Source of the DNA: Escherichia coli
Lineage (GTDB): Bacteria > Pseudomonadota > Gammaproteobacteria > Enterobacterales > Enterobacteriaceae
NCBI RefSeq assembly: GCF_003018235.1
Contig: NZ_CP027437.1
Length of the DNA: 64,000 nt
Reading direction: 5' to 3' (one strand)
The translations under genes were made by a program, and so were the position numbers. The first letter of the stretch is position 1. Each line of letters begins with the position of its first letter. Shown in pieces: positions 1 to 11,330 of the stretch. Under the pieces are notes generated by a model. It saw only the letters and a program-made list of their open reading frames with translations, did not search any database and was not told the origin of the DNA.

Positions 1-935
1 TTTATCAGGACACCATCCCGATCCTGTCTGAAAATCCAGAGATTAACGCGCTCTACGGCATAAAAAATAAAAAAGCAAAAGCCTCAGAAAAAATCGCCAA
101 CTTTTTTCATCTCATCAAGGTATTACGTGCCAATAAGTATGACCTTATCGTCAATCTTACCGATCAATGGATGGTTGCTATACTGGTTCGCTTATTAAAT
201 GCCCGTGTGAAAATTTCCCAGGATTATCATCATCGGCAGTCTGCTTTTTGGCGTAAAAGTTTCACCCATTTGGTGCCGTTGCAGGGTGGAAATGTGGTGG
301 AAAGTAACTTATCCGTGCTGACACCATTGGGACTTGATTCGTTGGTGAAGCAGACAACCATGAGTTACCCGCCTGCAAGCTGGAAACGTATGCGTCGCGA
401 ACTTGATCACGCTGGTGTTGGACAAAATTATGTGGTTATCCAACCTACGGCGCGGCAAATCTTCAAATGCTGGGACAACGCCAAGTTTTCCGCTGTGATT
501 GATGCCTTACATGCTCGTGGTTATGAAGTCGTTCTGACGTCCGGCCCAGATAAAGACGATCTGGCCTGCGTCAATGAAATTGCGCAGGGATGCCAGACGC
601 CACCAGTAACGGCGCTGGCCGGAAAGGTGACCTTCCCGGAACTTGGTGCGTTAATCGATCATGCGCAGCTGTTTATTGGCGTTGATTCCGCACCGGCGCA
701 TATTGCCGCAGCAGTTAATACGCCGCTGATATCGCTGTTTGGTGCGACAGACCATATTTTCTGGCGTCCCTGGTCAAATAACATGATTCAATTCTGGGCG
801 GGAGATTACCGGGAAATGCCAACGCGCGATCAGCGTGACCGAAATGAGATGTATCTTTCGGTTATTCCGGCGGCAGATGTCATTGCTGCTGTCGATAAAT
901 TACTGCCCTCCTCCACGACAGGTACGTCGTTATGA
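1..935 (+). CDS. waaQ: LPS heptosyltransferase III, 5'-truncated at window edge (reading frame open from nt 3)
   Basis: Frame continuous from window start with no stop; C-terminal sequence and position immediately upstream of waaG; overlaps waaG start (ATGA at 932-935). Confidence 0.85.
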   Translation, partial: YQDTIPILSENPEINALYGIKNKKAKASEKIANFFHLIKVLRANKYDLIVNLTDQWMVAILVRLLNARVKISQDYHHRQSAFWRKSFTHLVPLQGGNVVESNLSVLTPLGLDSLVKQTTMSYPPASWKRMRRELDHAGVGQNYVVIQPTARQIFKCWDNAKFSAVIDALHARGYEVVLTSGPDKDDLACVNEIAQGCQTPPVTALAGKVTFPELGALIDHAQLFIGVDSAPAHIAAAVNTPLISLFGATDHIFWRPWSNNMIQFWAGDYREMPTRDQRDRNEMYLSVIPAADVIAAVDKLLPSSTTGTSL

Positions 936-2056
936 TCGTTGCTTTTTGTTTATATAAATATTTTCCCTTTGGCGGTTTGCAGCGCGATTTTATGCGTATT
1001 GCTCAGACAGTCGCCGCCCGAGGTCATCATGTTCGGGTTTATACCCAGTCGTGGGAAGGCGAATGCCCTGATGTATTTGAACTGATCAAAGTGCCGGTTA
1101 AATCGCATACCAATCACGGGCGCAATGCGGAGTATTTTGCCTGGGTGCAAAAACATTTACGCGAACATCCCGTCGATAAAGTCGTTGGATTCAACAAAAT
1201 GCCGGGGCTGGACGTTTATTATGCCGCTGATGTTTGTTATGCCGAGAAAGTAGCGCAGGAGAAAGGCTTTTTCTATCGCCTGACGTCACGTTATCGCCAT
1301 TATGCCGCCTTTGAGCGGGCAACCTTCGAACAGGGTAAGCCGACACAGCTGCTGATGCTGACAGATAAGCAAATCGCCGATTTCCAGAAACATTATCAGA
1401 CTGAAGCGGAGCGTTTTCATATTCTGCCACCGGGGATTTACCCTGATCGTAAATATAGCCAGCAGCCAGCCAATAGCCGTGAAATCTTCCGTAAGAAGAA
1501 TGGAATAACCGAACAGCAATATTTATTGTTGCAGGTCGGTTCAGACTTCACGCGTAAAGGTGTCGATCGTTCCATTGAAGCACTTGCTTCGTTACCGGAT
1601 TCGCTGCGCCACAACACATTGCTATATGTTGTTGGGCAGGATAAACCGCGAAAATTTGAGGCGCTGGCAGAAAAACGCGGCGTGCGCAGTAATGTTCACT
1701 TCTTCTCGGGGCGCAACGATGTCTCGGAATTAATGGCGGCGGCGGATTTATTACTGCATCCTGCCTACCAGGAAGCGGCGGGAATTGTGCTGCTGGAAGC
1801 GATTACTGCAGGATTACCGGTACTAACAACAGCCGTTTGTGGCTATGCGCCTTATATTGTCGAGGCCAATTGCGGCGAGGCTATTGCTGAGCCATTCCGC
1901 CAGGAAACATTGAATGAGATTTTACGCAAAGCGTTAACGCAATTTTCATTGCGCCAGGCCTGGGCGGAAAATGCGCGACATTATGCTGATACACAAGATT
2001 TATACAGTCTGCCAGAGAAAGCGGCGGACATCATAACGGGTGGTCTGGATGGTTGA
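932..2056 (+). CDS. waaG: LPS core alpha-1,3-glucosyltransferase I (GT4)
   Basis: 374-aa ORF beginning [20 protein letters not shown]; length and context match WaaG. Confidence 0.9.
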   Translation: MIVAFCLYKYFPFGGLQRDFMRIAQTVAARGHHVRVYTQSWEGECPDVFELIKVPVKSHTNHGRNAEYFAWVQKHLREHPVDKVVGFNKMPGLDVYYAADVCYAEKVAQEKGFFYRLTSRYRHYAAFERATFEQGKPTQLLMLTDKQIADFQKHYQTEAERFHILPPGIYPDRKYSQQPANSREIFRKKNGITEQQYLLLQVGSDFTRKGVDRSIEALASLPDSLRHNTLLYVVGQDKPRKFEALAEKRGVRSNVHFFSGRNDVSELMAAADLLLHPAYQEAAGIVLLEAITAGLPVLTTAVCGYAPYIVEANCGEAIAEPFRQETLNEILRKALTQFSLRQAWAENARHYADTQDLYSLPEKAADIITGGLDG

Positions 2057-2846
2057 ACTTAAAGAGCCGTTTGCCACGTTATGGCGCGGAAAAGATCCTT
2101 TTGAGGAAGTTAAAACTTTGCAGGGTGAGGTATTTCGTGAACTGGAAACTCGCCGTACTCTACGCTTTGAAATGGCGGGCAAAAGCTATTTTCTCAAATG
2201 GCATCGCGGCACGACCCTGAAAGAGATAATCAAAAATTTACTCTCATTGCGGATGCCAGTATTAGGCGCAGACCGCGAATGGAATGCGATTCATCGACTG
2301 CGGGATGTCGGCGTTGATACTATGTATGGGGTGGCATTCGGCGAAAAAGGCATTAATCCGCTCACCAGAACCTCGTTTATTATAACCGAAGATCTGACAC
2401 CAACCATCAGTCTGGAAGATTACTGTGCTGACTGGGCGACTAACCCACCAGATGTTCGCGTAAAGCGTATGCTTATTAAGCGTGTCGCGACGATGGTGCG
2501 CGATATGCATGCTGCGGGCATTAACCACCGTGACTGTTATATCTGTCATTTCCTGCTGCACTTGCCTTTTTCCGGTAAGGAAGAGGAGTTAAAAATTTCG
2601 GTAATTGACCTGCACCGGGCGCAGCTTCGCACGCGCGTTCCACGTCGTTGGCGCGATAAAGATCTTATAGGGCTTTATTTTTCTTCGATGAATATTGGCC
2701 TGACTCAGCGGGATATCTGGCGGTTTATGAAAGTGTATTTTGTCGCCCCGCTTAAAGACATTCTCAAGCAGGAACAAGGGCTGCTGTCGCAAGCAGAAGC
2801 AAAAGCCACAAAAATCAGGGAAAGAACGATTAGAAAATCGTTGTAA
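2049..2846 (+). CDS. waaP: LPS core heptose(I) kinase
   Basis: ORF track starts at 2040 ([10 protein letters not shown]...); internal ATG at 2049 gives 265 aa beginning [21 protein letters not shown], matching WaaP length. Confidence 0.85.
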   Translation: MVELKEPFATLWRGKDPFEEVKTLQGEVFRELETRRTLRFEMAGKSYFLKWHRGTTLKEIIKNLLSLRMPVLGADREWNAIHRLRDVGVDTMYGVAFGEKGINPLTRTSFIITEDLTPTISLEDYCADWATNPPDVRVKRMLIKRVATMVRDMHAAGINHRDCYICHFLLHLPFSGKEEELKISVIDLHRAQLRTRVPRRWRDKDLIGLYFSSMNIGLTQRDIWRFMKVYFVAPLKDILKQEQGLLSQAEAKATKIRERTIRKSL

Positions 2847-2888
2847 CCCGTAACTTATTTTTGCCAAAATTTTGGATACAGAATAAAT

Positions 2889-3896
2889 ATGTCTCAACTC
2901 AATGATAGTGACATCATCCTTTTTGAGTATAACTTTCATTATCAAAATATAAGATCTAAAAATACTCTTGATATCGCATTTGGTATTGACAGAAATTTTC
3001 TTTTTGGATGTGGTGTAGCCATCGCATCTATTCTATTAAACAATAGCGAAATCTCTTGTGAATTTCATGTTTTCACAGATTATATCAGTGATAAAGACAA
3101 GTTATATTTTTCCGATTTAGCAAAACAATATAATTCAAGAATTAATATTTATGTAATCAATTGTGATAAACTGAAGTCATTACCAAGCACGAAAAACTGG
3201 ACTTACGCAACATATTTTCGATTTATAATTGCAGATTATTTCTATCATAAACATGAAAAAATACTATATCTTGATGCAGATATTGCTTGCAAGGGTAGTA
3301 TTAAAGAACTCTTAGATTATCAATTTTCTCCTAATGAAATTGCCGCAGTTGTAGCTGAAAGAGATGTTGAATGGTGGCAAAATCGAGCCTCGGTATTAAC
3401 TACACCACAGTTAGCTTCTGGATATTTCAATGCTGGTTTTTTACTGATAAATATTGATGAGTGGAATCTAAATAACATTTCGTCAAAAGCTATTGAAATG
3501 TTGCGTGATCCAGATTGGGTAAGTAAAATTACCCACCTTGATCAAGATGTACTGAATGTATTATTGAATGGTAAAGTGAAGTTTATTTCGGGGAAATATA
3601 ATACCCGATATAGTATTAACTACGAATTAAAAGACAAAGTTGATAATCCAGTCAATGATGACACCGTGTTTATACACTATGTGGGACCTACAAAACCCTG
3701 GCATGAGTGGGCTGATTATCCGGTGTCACGTAGTTTTTTGATCGCCAAGGCAGCTTCTCCGTGGAGTAAAGAAGATTTACTTAAACCTGTAAATAGCAAT
3801 CAGTATCGGTATTGTGCAAAACATAAATTTAAACAAAAGCATTATATGGCAGGCATTTTTAATTATTTAAAGTATTATAAAGAAAAATGTTTCTAA
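2889..3896 (+). CDS. LPS outer-core alpha-1,3-glycosyltransferase, GT8 family (WaaI/WaaO-like)
   Basis: 335 aa; GT8 hallmarks (NxxFxxG...YLDADI...DQD...HYxGxxKPW); AT-rich; follows waaP. Confidence 0.75.
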   Translation: MSQLNDSDIILFEYNFHYQNIRSKNTLDIAFGIDRNFLFGCGVAIASILLNNSEISCEFHVFTDYISDKDKLYFSDLAKQYNSRINIYVINCDKLKSLPSTKNWTYATYFRFIIADYFYHKHEKILYLDADIACKGSIKELLDYQFSPNEIAAVVAERDVEWWQNRASVLTTPQLASGYFNAGFLLINIDEWNLNNISSKAIEMLRDPDWVSKITHLDQDVLNVLLNGKVKFISGKYNTRYSINYELKDKVDNPVNDDTVFIHYVGPTKPWHEWADYPVSRSFLIAKAASPWSKEDLLKPVNSNQYRYCAKHKFKQKHYMAGIFNYLKYYKEKCF

Positions 3897-3921
3897 AGAT
3901 TTAAGGTTAAAATAATTCATT

Positions 3922-4629
3922 ATGATATATAATAAAACGATAAACGGATTGAAAGTTTTCATAAAAGATAATGATCCCTTTTATGAGCAAGTTCTGAATG
4001 ACTTTTTAACTTGCAGGGTTAAAACATTAAAAGTTTTTCGTTCTATTGATGATACTAAAGTCATTCTTATTGACACTGCTCGTGGACCTCTTGTACTTAA
4101 AGTTTATGCGCCAAAGCATAAAATGATCGAACGTTTCTTAAAATCTTGCATAAAAAAAGATTATTATGAAAATTTAATTTATCAAACCGATCGGGTACGT
4201 GGTGAAGGCGTTCAATCAATTAATGACTATTTTTTGCTTGCTGAACGTAAAACATTAAATTTCGCGCATTATTATATTATGCTCATTGAGTATATTGAAG
4301 GTGTCGGGTTAAATGAGTATTTGGAAATTTCTGAAGATCTGAAGGATCAATTATCAGAATCGATAAAAGAGCTGCATCAGCATGGAATGGTGTCTGGCGA
4401 TCCTCATAAAGGAAATTTTATAGTATCCGAAAAAGGTTTAAGACTAATTGACCTTTCAGGTAAAAAAACAACCGCTGTTTTAAAAGCAAAAGATCGCATT
4501 GATCTTGAACGGCACTATAATATAAAAAATGAATTGAAAGACTTTGGCTATACATATCTTATATTCAAAAAGAAAATTAAAAAAGTAATCAGGGATGTAA
4601 AAGTCAAACTAGGATTGAAGAGCAAATAA
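3922..4629 (+). CDS. waaY: LPS core heptose(II) kinase
   Basis: 235 aa, small kinase-like protein embedded between two GT8 genes in the waa operon; length and position as for WaaY. Confidence 0.7.
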   Translation: MIYNKTINGLKVFIKDNDPFYEQVLNDFLTCRVKTLKVFRSIDDTKVILIDTARGPLVLKVYAPKHKMIERFLKSCIKKDYYENLIYQTDRVRGEGVQSINDYFLLAERKTLNFAHYYIMLIEYIEGVGLNEYLEISEDLKDQLSESIKELHQHGMVSGDPHKGNFIVSEKGLRLIDLSGKKTTAVLKAKDRIDLERHYNIKNELKDFGYTYLIFKKKIKKVIRDVKVKLGLKSK

Positions 4630-4653
4630 TGATTATGATGAAGGGTAATTAAA

Positions 4654-5667
4654 TTGGATTTTAAACATCTTACTCAATTTAAAGATATAATTGAACTGGA
4701 CAAGCGCCCTGTTAAACTTGATGAACGGGAAACGTTTAATGTCTCATGGGGTATTGATGAGAACTACCAGGTAGGGGCTGCGATTTCAATTGCTTCAATT
4801 CTTGAAAATAATAAACAAAACAAATTTACCTTTCACATAATCGCTGATTACTTAGACAAAGAGTATATTGAATTATTATCACAATTAGCAACGAAGTATC
4901 AAACAGTAATTAAATTATATCATATTGATTCTGAGCCATTGAAGGCGCTACCTCAATCAAATATCTGGCCAGTATCTATTTATTATCGTTTGCTTTCATT
5001 TGATTATTTTTCTGCGCGATTGGATTCATTATTATATCTTGATGCTGATATCGTCTGTAAGGGTTCATTGAACGAGTTAATAGCATTAGAGTTTAAAGAT
5101 GAATATGGGGCTGTGGTAATTGATGTAGATGCTATGCAAAGTAAAAGCGCTGAGCGTTTATGTAATGAGGATTTTAACGGTAGCTATTTTAACTCTGGTG
5201 TAATGTATATTAATTTACGGGAATGGTTACAACAAAGACTAACGGAGAAATTCTTTGATCTATTATCAGATGAGTCAATTATCAAAAAATTAAAGTATCC
5301 GGATCAAGATATTTTAAACTTAATGTTTTTACATCATGCTAAAATATTACCGAGAAAATATAATTGTATTTATACTATAAAGTCAGAATTTGAAGAAAAA
5401 AATAGTGAATATTACACCCAGTTTATTAATGATGAAACTGTCTTCATACATTATACTGGTGTAACTAAGCCATGGCATGATTGGGCGGACTACGCATCTG
5501 CAGATTATTTCCGTAATATTTATAATATATCTCCATGGAGAAATATACCTTATAAAAAAGCTGTTAAAAAACATGAGTACAAAGAAAAATATAAACACTT
5601 GCTTTACCAGAAAAAATTTCTCGATGGTGTTTTTACAGCAATTAAATATAATGTTATGAAAGGTTAA
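4654..5667 (+). CDS. LPS outer-core glycosyltransferase, GT8 family (WaaJ/WaaT-like)
   Basis: 337 aa, paralogous to the 2889-3896 product (same YLDADI / DQD / KPWH motifs). No in-frame ATG after the upstream stop; TTG at 4654 preceded by AAGGG Shine-Dalgarno. Confidence 0.7.
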   Translation: MDFKHLTQFKDIIELDKRPVKLDERETFNVSWGIDENYQVGAAISIASILENNKQNKFTFHIIADYLDKEYIELLSQLATKYQTVIKLYHIDSEPLKALPQSNIWPVSIYYRLLSFDYFSARLDSLLYLDADIVCKGSLNELIALEFKDEYGAVVIDVDAMQSKSAERLCNEDFNGSYFNSGVMYINLREWLQQRLTEKFFDLLSDESIIKKLKYPDQDILNLMFLHHAKILPRKYNCIYTIKSEFEEKNSEYYTQFINDETVFIHYTGVTKPWHDWADYASADYFRNIYNISPWRNIPYKKAVKKHEYKEKYKHLLYQKKFLDGVFTAIKYNVMKG

Positions 5668-5675
5668 TACTCGAG

Positions 5676-6818
5676 ATGGTTGATAAAATAATATTTACAG
5701 TCACTCCTATTTTTTCAATTCCTCCTCGCGGAGCGGCCGCTGTTGAAACGTGGATGTATCAGGTTGCTCAGCGTACCAATTTCCCAAATCGTATTGTTTG
5801 TATCAAGAATCCAGGATACTCAAATTACACCTTTGTTAATGATAATTGTAGTATTCATAGGGTTGGATTCAGTCGCATATATAAGCGGTTATTTCAAAAA
5901 TGGACAAGACTTGATCCTCTTCCATATTCACAGAGAATATTGAATATTGCCCATGATTTTCCTATAACGAAAGAAAGTGTTATTGTAGTTCATAATAGCA
6001 TGAAACTATACACTCAAATTCGTAAGCGAGCTCCTCAGGCAAGAGTGGTTATTCATATGCATAATGCATTTGAACCAAAATTGCTTGAGCAAAATGTTAA
6101 AATGATAGTGCCTAGTTTATACTTGAAAAAGTATTACCAATCTTATTTAGCAAATGCAGATATTGAGATTGTACCAAATGGAATTGATTTAGAAACCTAT
6201 CAATCTACTTTTCAGCCGATCACTAGAAGCGAACTTAATATCTCCCCTGAAGAGAAAATTATTTTTTATGCTGGGCGTATCGTCCCTGATAAAGGCATAT
6301 TACTGTTGATGCAATCATTCGAAAAATTGGCCGCTGCTCACAAAAATTTAAAATTAGTTGTGATTGGTGATTATACAGAAATGAGTAAAAGTGACAAAGG
6401 TGCATATCAACGCAATGTCAGGGAAATTGCAAAACGTTTGAAGGATCGTTGCATTATGTTAGGAAGCATACCGCCTGAAAATATGCATTGTTATTACCCA
6501 CTGGCGGATTTAGTCGTCATTCCTTCCCAGTTCCAGGAACCATTTTGCATGGTGGCAATTGAAGCTATGGGGGCTGGTAAGCCTGTTTTAGTGAGTACGC
6601 GTGGGGGGATGACGGAATTTGTCAAAGAAAATACTACGGGATTCCATTTAAAAGAACCTATGACTGCAGACTCCATAAGCAGCGATATTTTAAAAACGTT
6701 AGCGAATCCTGAATTAACAGCAGTTGCAAAGCAAGGTCAGGATTTTGTGTTTGATCACTACAGTTGGGATGGCGTAACTCAAAGATTTGAAGAGGTTATT
6801 CATAATTGGTTTGAATAA
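5676..6818 (+). CDS. LPS core glycosyltransferase (GT-B fold, GT4-like), last gene of the waaQ operon
   Basis: 380 aa; C-terminal region resembles GT4 retaining glycosyltransferases (EPFCMVAIEAMGAGKPVL); lies where strain-specific outer-core transferases sit. Confidence 0.65.
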   Translation: MVDKIIFTVTPIFSIPPRGAAAVETWMYQVAQRTNFPNRIVCIKNPGYSNYTFVNDNCSIHRVGFSRIYKRLFQKWTRLDPLPYSQRILNIAHDFPITKESVIVVHNSMKLYTQIRKRAPQARVVIHMHNAFEPKLLEQNVKMIVPSLYLKKYYQSYLANADIEIVPNGIDLETYQSTFQPITRSELNISPEEKIIFYAGRIVPDKGILLLMQSFEKLAAAHKNLKLVVIGDYTEMSKSDKGAYQRNVREIAKRLKDRCIMLGSIPPENMHCYYPLADLVVIPSQFQEPFCMVAIEAMGAGKPVLVSTRGGMTEFVKENTTGFHLKEPMTADSISSDILKTLANPELTAVAKQGQDFVFDHYSWDGVTQRFEEVIHNWFE

Positions 6819-6820
6819 AT

Positions 6821-6856
6821 AAAAAGGCCGCATTATGCAGCCTTTTTATTTTTTAC
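6821..6856. terminator. Putative bidirectional terminator between the convergent waaQ operon and waaL
   Basis: Imperfect hairpin AAAAAGGCCGCA-TTA-TGCAGCCTTTTT flanked by A/T runs, in the 34-bp gap between the two convergent stops. Confidence 0.4.
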
Positions 6857-8061
6857 TTGTTTTTCATCGCTAATAATAAGCCGGCGTAAACACCTAATAA
6901 ATTTGGTTCAATTTGTTCTACGTTTCCACGGATAACAAAATAACCTATAAAAGATAGTAAGATTATATAATATGCATTATATGGTGAGCGGTATTTATTC
7001 TGGACGCCATTTTTTATACACTCTTTCAATATTGCACAGTATAGCATCATAAGACTTACCAGCCCTAATAAACCAGTGCCAAACCAGATGAATAGCGCAA
7101 AATTATGTGGCCCTATTGATTGTCTAAAGGTCCATTCTGGATAATCAACGACACGTTTATTATAGACATCTTTATATGCAACGTTACCGTAACCATAACC
7201 AATAACAGGATTCTCTAATATTAGATCGAGTGCGCTGCCTTGAGTACCATTTGCATAGCGATAAGAACTATTAGTTTGTTGAAGTTTATACGTTAGCTTT
7301 GCGGTCATCTCCTTATGTGTGAAAATAACCGACAATGCAATGATGGAAACCATTACTCCTACTAATAGTAACTTCCATTGTTTAAACATCAGAATCCATA
7401 TTAATCCAATGACTAACACGGAAAGCCAGGCCCCTCTGGATAAAGTTCCTAATATCAGAAAAATAAAAATAAAGCTTAGAACCACAAAAGAAATGCGGTA
7501 TTTTGCTGATTTGATAAGCCAGAGATTTAACAATGCAGGGAATAAAAAGACCATCGAGTCAGAAATGCTACGGTGTCTATAATCTGCGAATGGCATTATC
7601 CCTTGTTGATAGTCCTTATAATAGGCAATCAATTCAGAAAAACAGCGTAAGCCCAACGCACTAATAAATGAGAAGAAAACGATTTTTTCGACATCTTCTC
7701 TTTTCTCGTCTCTCAATATGACTGGTATTGCTATTGTGCATAGTAAAGTATTCTCAATAATAGCTTTGAAAATTTCCTTCATGCTAGCCCCTGCATCAGG
7801 GGATTGAAGAAGTGACAGCAATGCAGCAATAGTTAATATGGCAACACTACCAAAAAGAAATGTTTTAAATAGTGAGAGATAATGTTTTGGCCGTTTGCAG
7901 AGATAGACGATTGTCGTTATTGTCATAAGAATAACGATAAGATGTTTATACCTTGTAATCCCACCCAAAAAATAGGTGGTAATGAATAAGAATACGAGAG
8001 CTCTGTTCCAGTACGCTATCCAGTTTTTTTTCTCGAGAGAGAAAAATAATGTTGAGGTCAT
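6853..8061 (-). CDS. waaL: O-antigen ligase
   Basis: 402 aa, highly hydrophobic polytopic membrane protein, last gene of the hldD-waaF-waaC operon; AT-rich. Confidence 0.75.
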   Translation of the reverse strand: MTSTLFFSLEKKNWIAYWNRALVFLFITTYFLGGITRYKHLIVILMTITTIVYLCKRPKHYLSLFKTFLFGSVAILTIAALLSLLQSPDAGASMKEIFKAIIENTLLCTIAIPVILRDEKREDVEKIVFFSFISALGLRCFSELIAYYKDYQQGIMPFADYRHRSISDSMVFLFPALLNLWLIKSAKYRISFVVLSFIFIFLILGTLSRGAWLSVLVIGLIWILMFKQWKLLLVGVMVSIIALSVIFTHKEMTAKLTYKLQQTNSSYRYANGTQGSALDLILENPVIGYGYGNVAYKDVYNKRVVDYPEWTFRQSIGPHNFALFIWFGTGLLGLVSLMMLYCAILKECIKNGVQNKYRSPYNAYYIILLSFIGYFVIRGNVEQIEPNLLGVYAGLLLAMKNK

Positions 8062-9050
8062 CTTATCTCCGATGTCAACTTATTGGTTATTATTTCAAGA
8101 TTTAAATTTTGAAAAACGGTTTGAGCTGGCAAATCTGCAAGAGACATACTTGTAGAACGACACTCTACTTGATTCTTCCCATACCCACCAATTAATCCAG
8201 GATCGGTTGGTCCATAAACCGTGATATTGGGTCTATCCAGTGCCGCCGTTAAATGGCTTAACCCCGTATCCACCGACACTACAAATTTAGCCCCGGCCAG
8301 CACGCGGGCAACGCCTTCCAGACTCATCTTCGGCAATACTTCAACATAAGCAAATCCTTCCGCCAGTCGTTTCGCCCGTTCTTCCTCATGCGGCGCGCCC
8401 CACGGAAGTTTAATCCGTATTCCTGAATCAGCCAGTAAACCAATCAATTCTCGCCAGTGTTCTTCCGGCCAGTGTTTATCATCTCGGGTTGTTGCATGAA
8501 GAAATACGGCATATTCGCCAGCATCTGTAGGCAGGTTCGTCAGGAAATGCTGTGCGATAGCATAATCGCCCTGGGTTTGTGGTTTGCTATAGCCCAGACT
8601 TTTGGCAAACAGTTCGCGGGTGCGTTCTACGGCGTGCTGCTGTTTTGCAATATGATGCTTACGATTGTAAAACAGGCTGGCTAAAGGTTCGCGAGCGGTT
8701 TGCCAGTCCATTCCATGCTTTACGCCATGCGCCAGACGCGTCACCAGCGCCGCGCTTTTTACCAGCCCCTGAGCGTCGATAACTGCGTCATAGTTCTCTG
8801 CTTGTAGCGCTTCACGAAACGCTTTCCGTTCAGCTTTTATGGGGGCCGAGAACCAGGCTTTACGCCAGCGACGTATTGCCACAGGAATAACTCGCTCAAC
8901 AGCGGCGTGCCAGGAAGGAATTTGTGCGAACCCTTCTTCCACCACCCAGTCAAACTTAATCCCCGGGATTGCCTGCTGGGCATCAGTGAGTGCGGGCAAC
9001 GTATGGAGAACATCGCCCATCGACGATGTTTTAACGATCAAAACCCGCAT
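8058..9050 (-). CDS. waaC: LPS heptosyltransferase I
   Basis: 330-aa ORF starting MRVLIVKTSSMGDVLHTLPALTDA, GT9 heptosyltransferase; between waaF and waaL. Confidence 0.85.
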   Translation of the reverse strand: MRVLIVKTSSMGDVLHTLPALTDAQQAIPGIKFDWVVEEGFAQIPSWHAAVERVIPVAIRRWRKAWFSAPIKAERKAFREALQAENYDAVIDAQGLVKSAALVTRLAHGVKHGMDWQTAREPLASLFYNRKHHIAKQQHAVERTRELFAKSLGYSKPQTQGDYAIAQHFLTNLPTDAGEYAVFLHATTRDDKHWPEEHWRELIGLLADSGIRIKLPWGAPHEEERAKRLAEGFAYVEVLPKMSLEGVARVLAGAKFVVSVDTGLSHLTAALDRPNITVYGPTDPGLIGGYGKNQVECRSTSMSLADLPAQTVFQNLNLEIITNKLTSEIR

Positions 9051-9053
9051 CCG

Positions 9054-10100
9054 TCAGGCTTCCTCTTGTAACAATAGCGCGTTAAGTTCTTCCAGTACGC
9101 GCTGGGGAGTAATGTCGATCAAGCTCTGGTGATAACCCTCCGCAGCGTCACCTTTACGCACTTTGTGATAGCCGGTAATCAGGCGGATCACGCGTGCTTT
9201 ATGGGATAGCGGCGGTGTGAAGTCCGGGCTACTCGGACCATACAAGGCAACCAGCGGACGATTGAGCGCCGCCGCAACGTGCATCAGGCCAGAATCGTTA
9301 GTGACAATGGCTTTACAGGCTGTAATCAGGATAACCGCTTGATCAAGCTGTGTTTCCCCTGCCAGGTTCCGGCACCATGCCTGCTGCTCGGTATTTAAAG
9401 CGGCAAGAATCTCATTGCCCGCTTCATGATCTTTCGCCGAGCCAAACAGAACCACCTGATAACCTTCATCAATCAGCTGCTTTGCCAGCTCCGCATAGTG
9501 GTAGTGTGGCCAGCGTTTTGCCGGACCAAACTCCGCACCCGGGCAAAAGCCAATCATCGGACGTTCTGATGAAAGCGAAAATTGATTACAGGTATATGAT
9601 TTTTCACCTTCGCTCACCTGCAACTGCGGCCATAACAATGGCTGCGGCAGATCTTGTGCTGTACGCATAATGCCTTTGTCATAGGCCAGCGCGACATAGC
9701 GTTCCACCATTAGCGGCCAGGCTTCTTTATCGAGCACGCGTACATCGTTAAGTAAACCGTAGCGCATCTCGCCGCGCCAGCCGGTGCGATGAGGAATACC
9801 CGCGAAGAAAGGCACTAATGCGGATTTGAAGGAGTTGGGTAAGACGTAGGCGCGGTCGTAGCGCTTTTCACGCAGACTATGACCCAGTTTGCGGCGTTCG
9901 CCGATTTCCAGCGCTCCGTGACCGAGAGGCATAGGAATAGCTTCGTTAACTTCCGGCATCCGCGATAATAATGGACGGCACCATGCCGGTGCCATCACGT
10001 CGATTATCGCCTGGGGATAGCGCGCCTGGAGCGTGCGATAGAGACTTTGCGACATCATCATGTCGCCAACCCAAGACGGGCCGATCACCAGTATTTTCAT
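9054..10100 (-). CDS. waaF: LPS heptosyltransferase II
   Basis: 348 aa, MKILVIGPSWVGDMMMSQSLYRTL..., GT9; directly downstream of hldD. Confidence 0.9.
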   Translation of the reverse strand: MKILVIGPSWVGDMMMSQSLYRTLQARYPQAIIDVMAPAWCRPLLSRMPEVNEAIPMPLGHGALEIGERRKLGHSLREKRYDRAYVLPNSFKSALVPFFAGIPHRTGWRGEMRYGLLNDVRVLDKEAWPLMVERYVALAYDKGIMRTAQDLPQPLLWPQLQVSEGEKSYTCNQFSLSSERPMIGFCPGAEFGPAKRWPHYHYAELAKQLIDEGYQVVLFGSAKDHEAGNEILAALNTEQQAWCRNLAGETQLDQAVILITACKAIVTNDSGLMHVAAALNRPLVALYGPSSPDFTPPLSHKARVIRLITGYHKVRKGDAAEGYHQSLIDITPQRVLEELNALLLQEEA

Positions 10101-10109
10101 GCAGAGCTC

Positions 10110-11042
10110 TTATGCGTCGCGATTCAGCCAGGCCATGTATTCCGTTACACCTTCAGCAACGGTTTTGAACGGTTTATCGTAACCCGCCGCGCGCAGATTC
10201 GTCAGATCTGCCTGAGTGAACGCCTGGTAGCGGCCTTTCAGTTTATCCGGGAACGGAATGTATTCGATCTGGCCTTTCTTGTGATAAGCCAGCGTAGCAT
10301 CGGCTACCGCCTGGAAGGATTCCGCACGACCGGTGCCGAGGTTGAAGATGCCGGAAACGCCATTTTCCAGGAACCACAGGTTTACATCTGCCACGTCGCC
10401 TACGTAAACGAAGTCGCGTTTGAAGTTCTCGCTACCTTCAAACAGCTTCGGCGATTCACCGTTGTTAAGCTGAGTGTTGAGATGGAAAGCGACGCTCGCC
10501 ATGCTGCCTTTATGGCCTTCACGCGGTCCATAAACGTTGAAATAGCGGAAGCCAACAATCTGCGAGTTCGCTTCTGGCAGGATTTGACGAACATATTCAT
10601 CAAACAGGAATTTTGAGTAACCGTAGACGTTCAACGGTTTTTCGTACTCGCGGGATTCAATAAAGTCGGAGGTGCGACCGCCGTAAGTGGCCGCGGAAGA
10701 GGCATACAGGAACGGGATTTCGCGTTCCAGACAGTAGTGCAGCAGCTCTTTGGAGTATTGATAGTTGTTATCCATCATATACTTGCCATCCCACTCGGTG
10801 GTGGAAGAGCATGCGCCTTCGTGGAAAATCGCTTCGACATCACCGAACTCTTCGCCAGCCATAATCTGGATCAGGAAGTCTTCCTTATCCATATAGTCCG
10901 CGATATCCAGATCCACCAGGTTCACAAACTTGGTGCCGTCTTTCAGGTTGTCCACCACCAGAATATCGGTGATGCCTTTATCATTCAGGGCCTTAACGAT
11001 GTTGCTGCCGATAAAGCCCGCGCCGCCGGTAACGATGATCAT
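10110..11042 (-). CDS. hldD: ADP-L-glycero-D-manno-heptose 6-epimerase
   Basis: 310 aa, N-terminal Rossmann motif [16 protein letters not shown]; first gene of the hldD-waaF-waaC-waaL operon. Confidence 0.9.
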
Positions 11043-11330
11043 AACTGTAACCTTCGAATTATGGAGTCAGAGACAATCTCAGACACGAATGTCTGTAATC
11101 ATACCATCACATCCGAATCCCTTCAGCCCTTTACATAGAGGTGCAAGGATGCTAATTGCAACAAACTAGTTTGGGTTTTAGCTAGTCCTTCATGGCGGAT
11201 GTTGGTTTTGTATGTGAATAGTGCTTTAGTATCAATATTCCGATGTATGATAAATAACGGAAGCATTTGAATGGATAATATACAGTATACATTCTGTTAA
11301 TATTTATGATATAATTCTTTTTTTATATTA

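Noticed and set aside
171-935. 254-aa ORF that could be read as a complete gene
   Set aside because: The reading frame stays open back to the window start, and the sequence and context indicate it is the 3' part of waaQ truncated by the window edge.
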